Positions 29,972 to 42,231 of a DNA stretch of 64,000 nucleotides are shown one piece after another. Origin of the DNA: the human T2T-CHM13v2.0 reference genome, Homo sapiens. The stretch lies in assembly GCF_009914755.1 (NCBI RefSeq), contig NC_060936.1. The stretch is one strand, 5' to 3'. Made by a program: the position numbers and the translations under genes. Position 1 is the stretch's first letter, and each line of letters opens with the position of its first letter. The notes beneath the pieces are model-generated. The model had not been told where the DNA came from and ran no database searches. It worked only from the letters and a program-made list of their open reading frames with translations.

Positions 29972-29987
29972 GAGGAGTTCTTGCTTG
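29972..29987 (+). other. SRRM4: alternative 16-nt frameshifting (poison) microexon of SRRM4
   Basis: branch-like CTAAT/CTCAC, polypyrimidine tract, aaag|GAGGAGTTCTTGCTTG|gtaagt; inclusion creates TGA at 30837-30839. Confidence 0.75.
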
Positions 29988-30723
29988 GTAAGTGGATATA
30001 ATCCGCAAAGACATGAGAGAATTTATTAGAAGCCACTCAAGAGCCTTAGCTACCTTCTACAAGGGGAAAAGGACACACACAAATATCTATAGTGACCCTT
30101 TTTTTCGTTTATTTTTGGTCAGACTGTTTAACTTCCATTTTTTTTGTCCCCTCCTTTCTTTTCCCCTTTAGTTGAAAACTGCTAAAATGTCAGTTTGCGA
30201 CCTTGACTTTATATTTAAAAAAACAAAAAACAAACTCTCATCTTTATTTCATTTCTTTTCCCCATGTGATATTTGTTTAGGTTTCTATTCAGGCAACTTT
30301 TTCTTTTCAAAAAAAATTGTTAAATTAATTGAGGATTTGGTTGAAGTTTAAAATTTTGGCTTTATCTGCTTTTATTTTTAATTTCCAAGATATATTTTTT
30401 CAGGCCCATAGTTCCATTTCTTTTTCCCCTTTCCCTTCCTTTATTTTTTATTATTGTTTTAGGTTAAGGGTGTTTACACCCCCTTTCTATTGAGTTGACT
30501 CTTTTGTTTAATTCATTAGAAATTAAATTTTGTATAATTTCCTTTTTCTTTTGTTTAATCTGAATCGCATGCTTTTTCTCTGCATGATACCTAAATCTTC
30601 CAGTTATCCTAGCAGGGGGTAAAAAAAAAATCTCCTTTCTGTGGTATTCCTTCAGGAATTTGTGCTTTTGTTTTTTGGCGTCTCTTCTTTCTTCTCCTCT
30701 CTCTCTCTTTCCTTTCGTTACAG

Positions 30724-30735
30724 TGCATCATGACG
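30724..30735 (+). other. SRRM4: candidate 12-nt in-frame microexon (CIMT) or upstream alternative acceptor of the next exon
   Basis: strong ~40-nt pyrimidine tract with ttacag|TGCATCATGACG|gtaaac; 78-nt downstream intron; frame open through to the next exon. Confidence 0.45.
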
Positions 30736-30813
30736 GTAAACATTTCTTGGTTATTTAGAAACAGCCCATGGGCCCAGCGCTCAGCAGTGTCCAACGGGTC
30801 TTTTTGCTTTCAG

Positions 30814-31118
30814 ATCACTGGGTCGGGGTCTGCTGCTGACCTCTTTACCAAAACAGCCAGCCCGCTCACCACCTCGCGAGGACGTTCCCAGGAGTACGAC
30901 TCAGGAAATGACACGTCCTCGCCACCCTCCACGCAAACCAGCTCAGCCAGGTCTCGGGGCCAGGAGAAGGGGAGCCCCAGTGGGGGCTTGAGCAAGAGCC
31001 GGGAGCTCAACAGTGGCAACACCTCTGATTCAGGGAACTCCTTCACCACCTCCTCACCCCAGAACAAGGGGGCCATGTTGGAGAATCTCTCCCCCACCAG
31101 CAGGGGCAGAGAGTCAAG
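30814..31118 (+). CDS. SRRM4: SRRM4 exon (probably 9), 305 nt: ITGSGSAADLFTKTASP...SPTSRGRES
   Basis: tttttgctttcag| acceptor, AAG|gtcagt donor; within ORF 30730..31164. Confidence 0.95.
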
Positions 31119-31679
31119 GTCAGTGCACCACACAGGGTCGGGGGTAGACGGTCTCCCACCTTAGCTCCACCTTCTCATGCTCTCATCCCAGCCTCCCCCA
31201 CTCCACCCCCAAGATTATTTTATTTGTAAGAGAGATGAAACTCAACTCAGACTGGCTTGTTTTAAAACACTAGTGGCACTAGCTTCAGGTACAGCTGGAT
31301 TCAGGGGTTCAAAAATATGTTGCTGGAAATCCGTCTTTCTCATTACATCTCTTATTCTGCTTCCTCATCCTACTGGCCTTATTCTCAAGCAGATCCTCCC
31401 AAAGCATTGTCAAATATGCCAAGCAGCTAACATTCTATTGGTTTAGCCAGCCAACAGGAAAACAATGCTTCTTTCTCAAAGATTTCAGCCAAACACCAAG
31501 GCAGGTGCTTATTGGTTCTGTTTGGCCCAGCTTAGGTCATCTGCCCATCACTGTCCCAGGGGATGCTATGCTGTTGGCCAGAATGTGTCAGATGCCATCA
31601 CTAGGGCTAATGAGTCGAACCTTCCCACACTCCTCTACAGGAAAAGCCAGGTTATTGGTATCAGGAGAGATGGAGGCTA

Positions 31680-32067
<388 letters not shown>

Positions 32068-32087
32068 TCATTTAAGAACATATCACA

Positions 32088-33085
<998 letters not shown>

Positions 33086-34500
33086 AGATACAGATATACC
33101 ATAGTATAATTTATCAACATATCAGAGAACATTGAGATTTCTCCATTTTTTTACCCATCTTAACACACTCACTAGATGCAGTTTTCCTGCAGAAAACTCT
33201 TCCACACAGATGCATATGAGCCAGTTGTAATTCTACTTCGTCATCCGCTTAACTCTCTCACTCAAGAAATCACAACAAAATGCTAATCACTGAGGTTACT
33301 GTCATCATAATAGCTACTAAAATTTACTGATCACTTAGTCTGTACCATTCATTCTGTTGTTTATTCCTCAACTTGTTTATCAGGCAAGTCCTCTCTGCCA
33401 GACACTCAGCCTGGTGCTGGGGATTTAAAAATGGAACAGTCCTTTTTCTCAGGAGCTTATAATTAATGAGGCAGATGCACAGTTGCGGGATGGGTGGAAA
33501 AGCTTTGCTGGTGCCCTCTGTCATGCTAACAGTGAGGTTTTTCTACTTCTGAGGGTGGGAGTTTGCCTTTGTTCCATATAGCCAAAATTTTCAAAAGATG
33601 ACTAACGCCTTAGCACTGAAGCAGCTAACAGCTTCTTCAAAGACAGAGCACTCTTTGTCCCTAACACATACCCCATTTCAGTCCTGGACAAACAGCTTGA
33701 CATCCACATGCAGAACTGCCTTCCCATTTGCCTGCCCCAGGTCATCCCTGGCCTCAGCTCACACCCAAGCTTGACTGAGAACCTGAGCTGGGCCAGAGCC
33801 AATGTCAGTGTCTCCAAGAACAGGCAGTGAAGTTCCCAGAAGGGAGGAGGAGGACACATGTTTACTGATATACAGCAGTGCTATTATGCAGGAAAAATTG
33901 AAATAGCAATAACAACAACAATAATAACGGCAGTTCATATTCGTTGAGCCCAAATCACATGCTAGGTACACTGCCAAATGCTTTCCAGAAATAATCTTCC
34001 CGAGCTCCTCAAAACCTTTATAGGACAGTACTATTTGTAACCCTTTTTTACCTGATGGGGAAACTGAGGCTCAGAGTGGTTGAGAAACTCAGTTAATAAG
34101 TGGCAGCACCAGAATTCAAATACAAATATGTCCCCCAAACAGGAACTAAAGCCTGAGAGACATCTAGCAGTTACCTGTTTAATTTGATCTCCATGGACAG
34201 CCAAATTAAGTAATTTAGACCCAGCCTTTCACTTTGAAATATAAATGATGGTTGAGTCCATGACTGTTTATGTCATGCCACTTATGAGCAGAGAGGGCTC
34301 AATAAATATGGGCTGAGTGGAAGAGACATCAGCTCTAAATCAAAGGAACCATAGACACTGAAGGTAGGGAGCTGGTGAGGTGGGAGGGGTGGGGACTCTG
34401 GAGCTGCACAGATCAAGGTTTGGGGCTCTGGGTGGTTTTGAGGAAATAACAAACCCTTCTGAGACTTCTCTGTAAATCTGGGGGTAATAATAGCATTGGC

Positions 34501-34845
<345 letters not shown>

Positions 34846-35622
34846 TCAGAACATTGAAAAGGTCCCCAGGGAGCTGTCTCCAGGGAGCTCAATATCTGGG
34901 ACAGAAGAGACAGCCTACAAGTATAAGACTAAGTAAGCCATATAGGGATAGGCAAAACATAGAACTAAGGTCTGTGGTAACACACTGGAGGTCGCCCAAC
35001 CCAGACAGGGGACGGGGGTGTCAAGGAAGGTTTTCCAGAAAGGGTGAGGTCAAGCTAAAGCCAGAATCATAAGTAGGAGTTGCCAGATGAAGAGGGAATG
35101 GAGAGGGTTTGCAGACAGCCAGAATGTTCTGAGGCCTGGAGACAAGGAAGAGAATAGGGATATTTCAGGAGGAATAAGTAGTCTATGACAGCTGGAGTCA
35201 GGAGAGGAAAGAGTCAAGACCTGAGATTGGAGGGGTGAGCAGGTGCCAGGCCATCGTGAGCCTTGAAAACCATATTAATGTGATTTGAACTTGATTCTTG
35301 GCCCAATCCAAATAAATATGCCTTCACTGAGCACCTAACAGAGGTCAGCCTGGCCCTAGGCAGGGTGGGAGTACAGAAGACAGCACTCTAGCCTTCTGAT
35401 AATCCTGAAGCCTCTGTCTTTTGGGAGGTCTCAATTCCTCCAACTGCAAAATGGGTTACATCAAAATTTCCCAAAACTAAACCAACAACAGGTCATCTTG
35501 ATTTTTACCATATCCATGTACTACTGATATTCCTGTTTACTTTAATAAACTCATTTTTAATATATAAGTAAAAGGAAAATTACAGTACTATCTGAAATAG
35601 AAAATTAGAATCAAATGTCCTT

Positions 35623-35900
35623 GGCCGGGCACAGGGGCTCACATCTGTAATCCCAGCACTTTGGGAGGCCAAGGCGGGTGGATCATTTGAGGTCAGGAGT
35701 TTGAGACCAGTCTGGCCAACATAGTGAAACCCCATCTCTACTAAAAATACAAAAATTGGCTGGGTGTGGTGGCATGCACCTGTAATCTCAGCTACTCGGG
35801 AGGCTGAGGCAGGAGAATTGCTTGACCCCTGAAGGCAGAGGTTGCAGTCAGCCACTGCACTACAGCCTGGGTAACAGAGTGAGACTCTGTCTCAAAAAAA
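35623..35900 (+). mobile_element. Alu (AluS)
   Basis: consensus with a small right-arm deletion. Confidence 0.93.
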
Positions 35901-36449
35901 GAATCACATGTCCTAAATAAAAGGTACCTATAAAAACACATATGATTAAAACAATGGATTTAATCCTACTAGTTGCAGTTGCCTAACCAAGGCTGAGTCT
36001 GAGGTGTGCTCCTCTCTCTTAGAGAGATTACAAAGTGTTAGAGAGGTGTTACAAACCAACTAGCACCCAATGGGGGCTTCCTCATTAATGTAATCAGAAG
36101 GACAGAAAAAGACTAGACAGGGAATAAATTTCTCACCATGTAATCTGATGTTACTTACCATCATGCCCATGCCTGATGACATTCTAAAATACTCCACTGT
36201 GGCCCCAGCGGTATGTGTTTCACACTTGAGGAAATGCTAACCTGAATTGTCTACTTTTAAGGTATCTTCTGTCTCTACTCCTCTAACATATGTGGCCTGG
36301 GAAGTCTTTCCAGAGAGAATAGGATGGGAAAAGGGGCAAAGAGGGTTCTATGAGAGCACCACAGCCTAGGCCAAGGTAGGGAGGTATTCAAACAAGATGC
36401 TCCCAGAGTAGTGGGCAGTCGGTGCTCATGGACATTTTCCCACCTGCAG

Positions 36450-36653
36450 GGGATTTCAGTCACCGTGTCTGGAATGTGCCGAAGTGAAGAAGTCCAGTTT
36501 GGTCCCATCCACAGCCCGGAGCTCACCCATGAAAGGGTGTTCCCGCAGCTCCTCCTATGCCAGCACCCGATCCTCCAGTCACTCGTCCCGATCCCCAAAT
36601 CCCAGGGCTTCCCCCAGGTACACCCAAAGCCGATCCACCTCTTCTGAAAAAAG
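36450..36653 (+). CDS. SRRM4: SRRM4 exon (probably 10), 204 nt: GFQSPCLECAEVKKSSLVPSTARSSP...RSTSSEK
   Basis: cctgcag| acceptor, AAG|gtgagt donor; Ser/Arg-rich frame read manually (the ORF track shows a different frame). Confidence 0.93.
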
Positions 36654-36967
36654 GTGAGTGTGGTTTTGACCTTTGCTCTGCAGCACCTTTCTCCTTAGGA
36701 AATTAGTTAATTGCAGATGTCCTTTGACCCATGGGGGAGAGAAGTCAGACGGACTTAGGTTTGAATACTCGTTTTGCCCATTTCGAGCTGGTGGCCTTGG
36801 GAAAGTCAGTTAATTTCTCTGAACCTGAGTTTTCCCATCTGCAATATGAAGAAATAGCAATTCTTACCAGAAAAGATTGTTCTGAGGGCTATAAGGCACT
36901 TAGAACAGTACACAGAACATAATGAATATCAGTTATTATTGCTGCTATTGGCATGAGAATGAGCTAA

Positions 36968-37452
36968 TGTGTATCAATTAACTTCTGCATAGAAAATTAT
37001 CCCCAAACTTAGCATCTTTAAAACAAGTGCTACTTAGTTCCTGATCCTGTGGATCAGCAATTGGGCTGGGCTCAGCTGGGTGGTTCTTCTGATCTCATTG
37101 GGCTCACTCATACGCCTTTGATTGACTGGTGGGTTGGCTGGGGGCTGGAGAGTTTGAAAGACCCCAGCTGACTCATCACTCTACTCCATGAGGTCTCTCC
37201 TCCTCCAGCAGGCCTGTCTTGGTTTGTTCACATGGTGATGGCAGAATTCCAAGAGAGAGCACAGTATTGTGCAAGGCTTCTAGGCTTGGAAGTAATTAGC
37301 ATCCCTTCTGCTATTCTATTAGCCATAGCAAGTCACAAGACCAGTACAGATTCAAGGGTATTCCTCTCAGTGAAAGGAGCTGCAAAGTCACATTGCAGGG
37401 GATGTGGACACTGGGAGAAGAAAAATTATGGCCATTTTTGCATTCTGCTACC
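36968..37452 (-). mobile_element. MaLR (MLT1-type) LTR
   Basis: ccccaaacttagc...gggctgggctcagctgggtggttcttctg motifs. Confidence 0.65.
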
Positions 37453-38971
37453 CAGTTTCAATAGCTATTGGTAATCGCTTGATTGCCTCATGTAGAATAA
37501 TAATGTAGCAGAATGAGACATGAAATCTCAGAAATCGGAAGATTCTATCCAAACGAATCAACCCATAAATTCAGGGAGTCCAGCTTTCCTCTGCAAAAAG
37601 AAATTCCCAATAGGAGCTTGATTGTTCCTCTTTTGCAACTATACAATCAAAAAACAGTTGCTTATTTAGCTGGTCATCTCAAGACTGGTCCATTCCAAAA
37701 AATGAGACAAGGCAACTGATGAAAATATTCAACATGATAGAGTGACATAAATAGAAGAGCAAATCAGGCTAAAAGAAAAATTAAGGAAAGAAATATAAAA
37801 TTAAGTCAGGAGACAGTCCCAAAAGTACGTCCTACCATTCTGTAAAGTTGCTATGGAGGTAAGCTGCAAATATGACGTCTGAGCTCCCTGACAGACAAAG
37901 CAAAGAGGAAAATTACTCCCTCATTTACTACATTATTAACAAAAAAAAGATAAGAATTGAACCAGTTGCTCAGAAGAGCAGCTATTTCAGGTTTTTAATT
38001 CTATGAAAAATGACTCAGATGGCTCCACAGAAAAGGGACTCTATATGGTGCAGTGAATGGAAATTCTGATAATATCCTTTCAAAGTATCCAAAAACAGGT
38101 TTCATCTTGACTCTTTCTTATATCTCTCAATGCATAGCCAAAGCATAAGTTGGCAAAAGCACATTTTTCCAGTGACCATAGCTGGACACTGCTGAGGGCA
38201 CTGAGAAGGGAAGAGCTATTCCTGCCCCTGTTTTCTAAAAGTGGGAGGCATTAACAGAAAGCAAAGAAGACTAGGAGGAGCATAAGGATTAGTCATGTAG
38301 ATGCACAACAATATAGTCTACAAAAATCAAGAGCACTTTGAAACCAAACAGACGTGAATTAAATTTGGCTTAGAGGCAAACAGTCCTGGGTTCACATCTC
38401 TTACCAGCTGTGTTTAGCGAAGTGCATCATCTCTCTGTGCCTCTGTTTCCCCATCTATAAAATGAAATTGATAATAGTACCTAACCCTAAGATGTGTTGA
38501 GGATTAAATAATACACACAAAGCACTGGTTCAATGTCTGGCACATAATAAAATATGTCATAGTCATAGCTAACATTTCCTATGTCCTGTCTAATTGATAC
38601 TTAGCATAGGTGCCAATATGCTATGTGATTTACCCGAATTCACTCATTCAATTTACAATTGTCTAGGGTAAGGACTATTATTACCTGCATTTTATAGACA
38701 AGAAAACGGCCCAGGGAAACGAAATCATCTGCCAAGGTCACACAGCTAGTAAGTGGCCAGGATAGTAGGCACAAAATAGAAGTTGTTGGTATTATTATTA
38801 ACCACCGGTGGGGAGGGGCTTTCATTCTTTGATCGGGGCCCAGTTCCTCTGCCTGGCTTCCAGAAAGAAAAAGGTCACTGCCCAGGGACCCGCTGAATAA
38901 AGCTCAAGCCGTCTTGGATAACCCAGGCGGACACTCAGCAGGCTCCTCAGAGGCTGTTACCTCTCCCCCAG

Positions 38972-39082
38972 GTCCTACTCCCGCTCTCCCAGCTATTCCT
39001 CCAAGTCTGGCAAGAGGAGCCCGCCCAGCAGAAGCTCTAGGTCCCGCCGCAGCCCTAGCTACTCCCGCTACAGCCCCAGCAG
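38972..39082 (+). CDS. SRRM4: SRRM4 exon (probably 11), 111 nt: SYSRSPSYSSKSGKRSPPSRSSRSRRSPSYSRYSPS
   Basis: ctctcccccag| acceptor, CAG|gtaccg donor; frame consistent. Confidence 0.93.
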
Positions 39083-39675
39083 GTACCGGCCCCGCCCCTC
39101 AAACTAGGCCCGTCCTAGGCCCCACCCCTTTGCTCTGATCCTCCTCTCTGGCCCCGCCTCCCCGTTCTCGGGCCTTCTTCCTCTTAGGTCTGACCCTGAC
39201 TCAGCATTCTTACAGTTCCCTTTGTCCAATCAGGAGTGGCAGCGAGGCATCAAATACCCTTGTTTCCTAATGTCTCCAGCCCAAACAGTCCCGCAGACAT
39301 ACCCCAGAATTCACATCCCCAGCCCTCAGCCTCTACAGACCGTCCCCATATTCAGAGCCCCCAGTTCTTACCCACGCACCAGGGCCTGCGTAACATTCAC
39401 GTCCTCACCCCTGCAGCACCTGCCCTGCTATGATGCCCACCTGCAAATGCTGACACCCCTGCACAAGCCCAGCCCCCACCCCTACGGTACTAACAACCCT
39501 CGCAGACTCTTACCGCAGCCCCGTCATCCTCCCTCCGGTCTCCCTTGCGGCAACGTGCAGACCCCATCCCGTGACCCAGTGGGGTGGGAAAGAAAGGGAG
39601 TGTCCCTCTCCCACGCGCTCACGCAGAAAATCCAGCCCAGCCCCAGCTCCCCAGTAACCCCCCGCGCCCCTTCAG

Positions 39676-39816
39676 GGAGCGGGATCCCAAATACAGTGAG
39701 AAGGACTCGCAGCAGCGGGAGCGCGAGCGAGCGCGTCGGAGACGTCGGTCCTACTCGCCTATGAGAAAGCGCCGGAGAGACTCCCCGAGCCACCTGGAGG
39801 CCCGGAGGATAACCAG
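39676..39816 (+). CDS. SRRM4: SRRM4 exon (probably 12), 141 nt, N-terminal part of the eMIC domain (...RRRDSPSHLEARRIT)
   Basis: ccttcag| acceptor, CAG|gtgagg donor; the SHLEARRITSARKRPIPY motif is the recalled SRRM3/SRRM4 eMIC signature. Confidence 0.96.
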
Positions 39817-40088
39817 GTGAGGCCAGGGGGCAAGGGGGACCCACCTTCATCCTCGTTCCCACTCCCATTCTTACTCATTCGAGCCTCAGGCTCTCCCTAG
39901 GCCTCCTTGGGGCTGGGATTTAGGATTGTGCGAGCTTATGGTCCCCCCAACCCCAACATCATTGAAATTACGTGTCTGTTCAAAGCCTTGGGACTGAGTC
40001 TCCCAGCTCAACCAGCAGGGCCTGCAAGAAGGGGGCGGGGCCAGCCTGAAGAATCGGGTGTGGCATGGGGGAGTGGCCAAAGCCTGAG

Positions 40089-40142
40089 GGTGGAGCTGGG
40101 GCCGGGGAGGTGGAGCTGGGGCCGGGGAGGCGGAGCTGGGGG
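40089..40142 (+). repeat. G-rich 20-bp tandem repeat (GGTGGAGCTGGGGCCGGGGA), ~2.7 copies
   Basis: direct inspection. Confidence 0.9.
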
Positions 40143-40916
40143 AGAGAGTGGCGTCAGGCCAGGGAATGGAGGCCAAAGCAATGGAGCAGGACCTTGGCCT
40201 GGTGGTGGATCCCGAGCAGCAGAGACAGACCTCTACCCTCAGACCTGTACACTCAGCTGTCAGGCTTAAATAAACCTATATGTAATTATACCTTGAACCA
40301 AGTGTGGAAAGGACAAACAGGATTGCTTAGTTCCCAAAGGGACCTAGAGGGAGCCACGGTGGATAAGCCGGAGAGCACTGGATGTGGATTGGAATCCTGA
40401 ATGTACCACTTTGCAGGTGACCTAGGAAAGGCTCTTACCTTCCTGAGCCTCAGTTTTCTCACCCATGAGATATTGGAAGAAATAACTCCCAGAAGCATGA
40501 GGATGAAATGAAAAGGGGCAAAAAGATGTGAACGTGCTTTGTAAACTTGAATGCAGAGTACACAATGTGCCATTGTTGATTGAATGGTCAGAATAGGTGG
40601 ATACCGTTCCTGGAACAGGTAAGGCCTCAGAAGAGAAAAGCTCTAGCAGAGAAGTCTGAGTGCAAGCAAATTTCTCAGGCCTTGAAAGCTGGGAGAATGA
40701 TTGAATGCTGCCCTAAGATTGGGTTGGGCTCTTCCTGCTGGCCTTCCAGGCATCTGCCACTCAGTCCAGACACTGGACTGAGGAATCAGGGATTCTCCCT
40801 GGAGATGACCTGGAGGAGGAAAAAGAATGTGTTTCCCAGATAGCAAGGCTGGGGTGATGGGTCCCCTTCTCCAATATCCCACAGGGCACCCTGCCTCAGC
40901 TTGTAAAGAATTCCTA

Positions 40917-41180
<264 letters not shown>

Positions 41181-41927
41181 TTAATATAATATAATACAAT
41201 ATAATTCCTAGCATAATTTCTAAACCCACTCCCTTGATCCAGTGTCACACAGCTATTAAGTGGCCAGGATAATAAGCACAAAATAGAAGTTGTTGGTATT
41301 ATTATTATCTTTGGGGTCAACCTAGAGGAAAGCTAAGATAGAGAGTGGCATTTCCAAATGGCTGTCTAGTTTCTTTAGTCAATCTCAAATAATTCATCTT
41401 GATTAACCCATTCAGTGTTTCCCAATCTTTAGTCATTCACCAGTATCTTGACCACATATGACTTGTCTGTTTATCAACTGTACTATTCTTAATTTTCTTT
41501 AAATAGATATGACTCTTTTCAAAGGTTCATACATTTATTTCTAAAGGAAACGATACAGTACAGTAAATGGAAAATTAGCCTCTTTTGCCATAAATAGATG
41601 GTTCTAGTAAAAGTAAAAATAGGAAAACAAAACTATGATTAAAGTTTAGATGTAGATTCTGTTGCAAGCTGAAGGCTCTGAGCTCCAGGCTTGCTTCATG
41701 GGGGAAAGAAAAAAGTGAGATAATCATTTTTCAAGACATACTAGCACTAAGCTGAGACTTTTACTTTGATGTGTTCTCAGCACTGCAAGAGAAGTGGAAA
41801 GGGAGTATTTTTTCCTAAGGGACTGGGGAAAGGGAGGATATTGGTTTCCCTTGGGACAAGACTGGGGCTCGCTGCGGGGAGGCACGGAGGGGCCGGCCCT
41901 CATCCCTCCTCTCTCTGGTCTCTGCAG

Positions 41928-42231
41928 TGCCCGGAAACGCCCCATCCCCTACTATCGGCCCAGCCCCTCCTCATCCGGCAGCCTCAGCAGCACCTCCTCC
42001 TGGTACAGCAGCAGCAGTAGCCGCTCGGCCAGCCGCAGCTACTCCCGGAGCCGGAGTCGGAGCCGGAGCCGGAGACGGAGCCGGACCCGCACGAGCAGCA
42101 GCTCTAGCTCCCGCAGCCCTAGTCCGGGCTCCCGCAGCCGGAGCCGGAGCAGGAGCCGGAGCCGGAGCCGGAGCAGGAGCCAGAGCCGGAGCTACAGCTC
42201 AGCAGACAGCTACTCCAGCACGAGGCGCTAA
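41928..42231 (+). CDS. SRRM4: SRRM4 last coding exon (probably 13): rest of eMIC (SARKRPIPYYRP), RS-dipeptide tail and TAA
   Basis: tctgcag| acceptor; ORF 41794..42231 ends ...SYSSTRR*. Confidence 0.96.
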
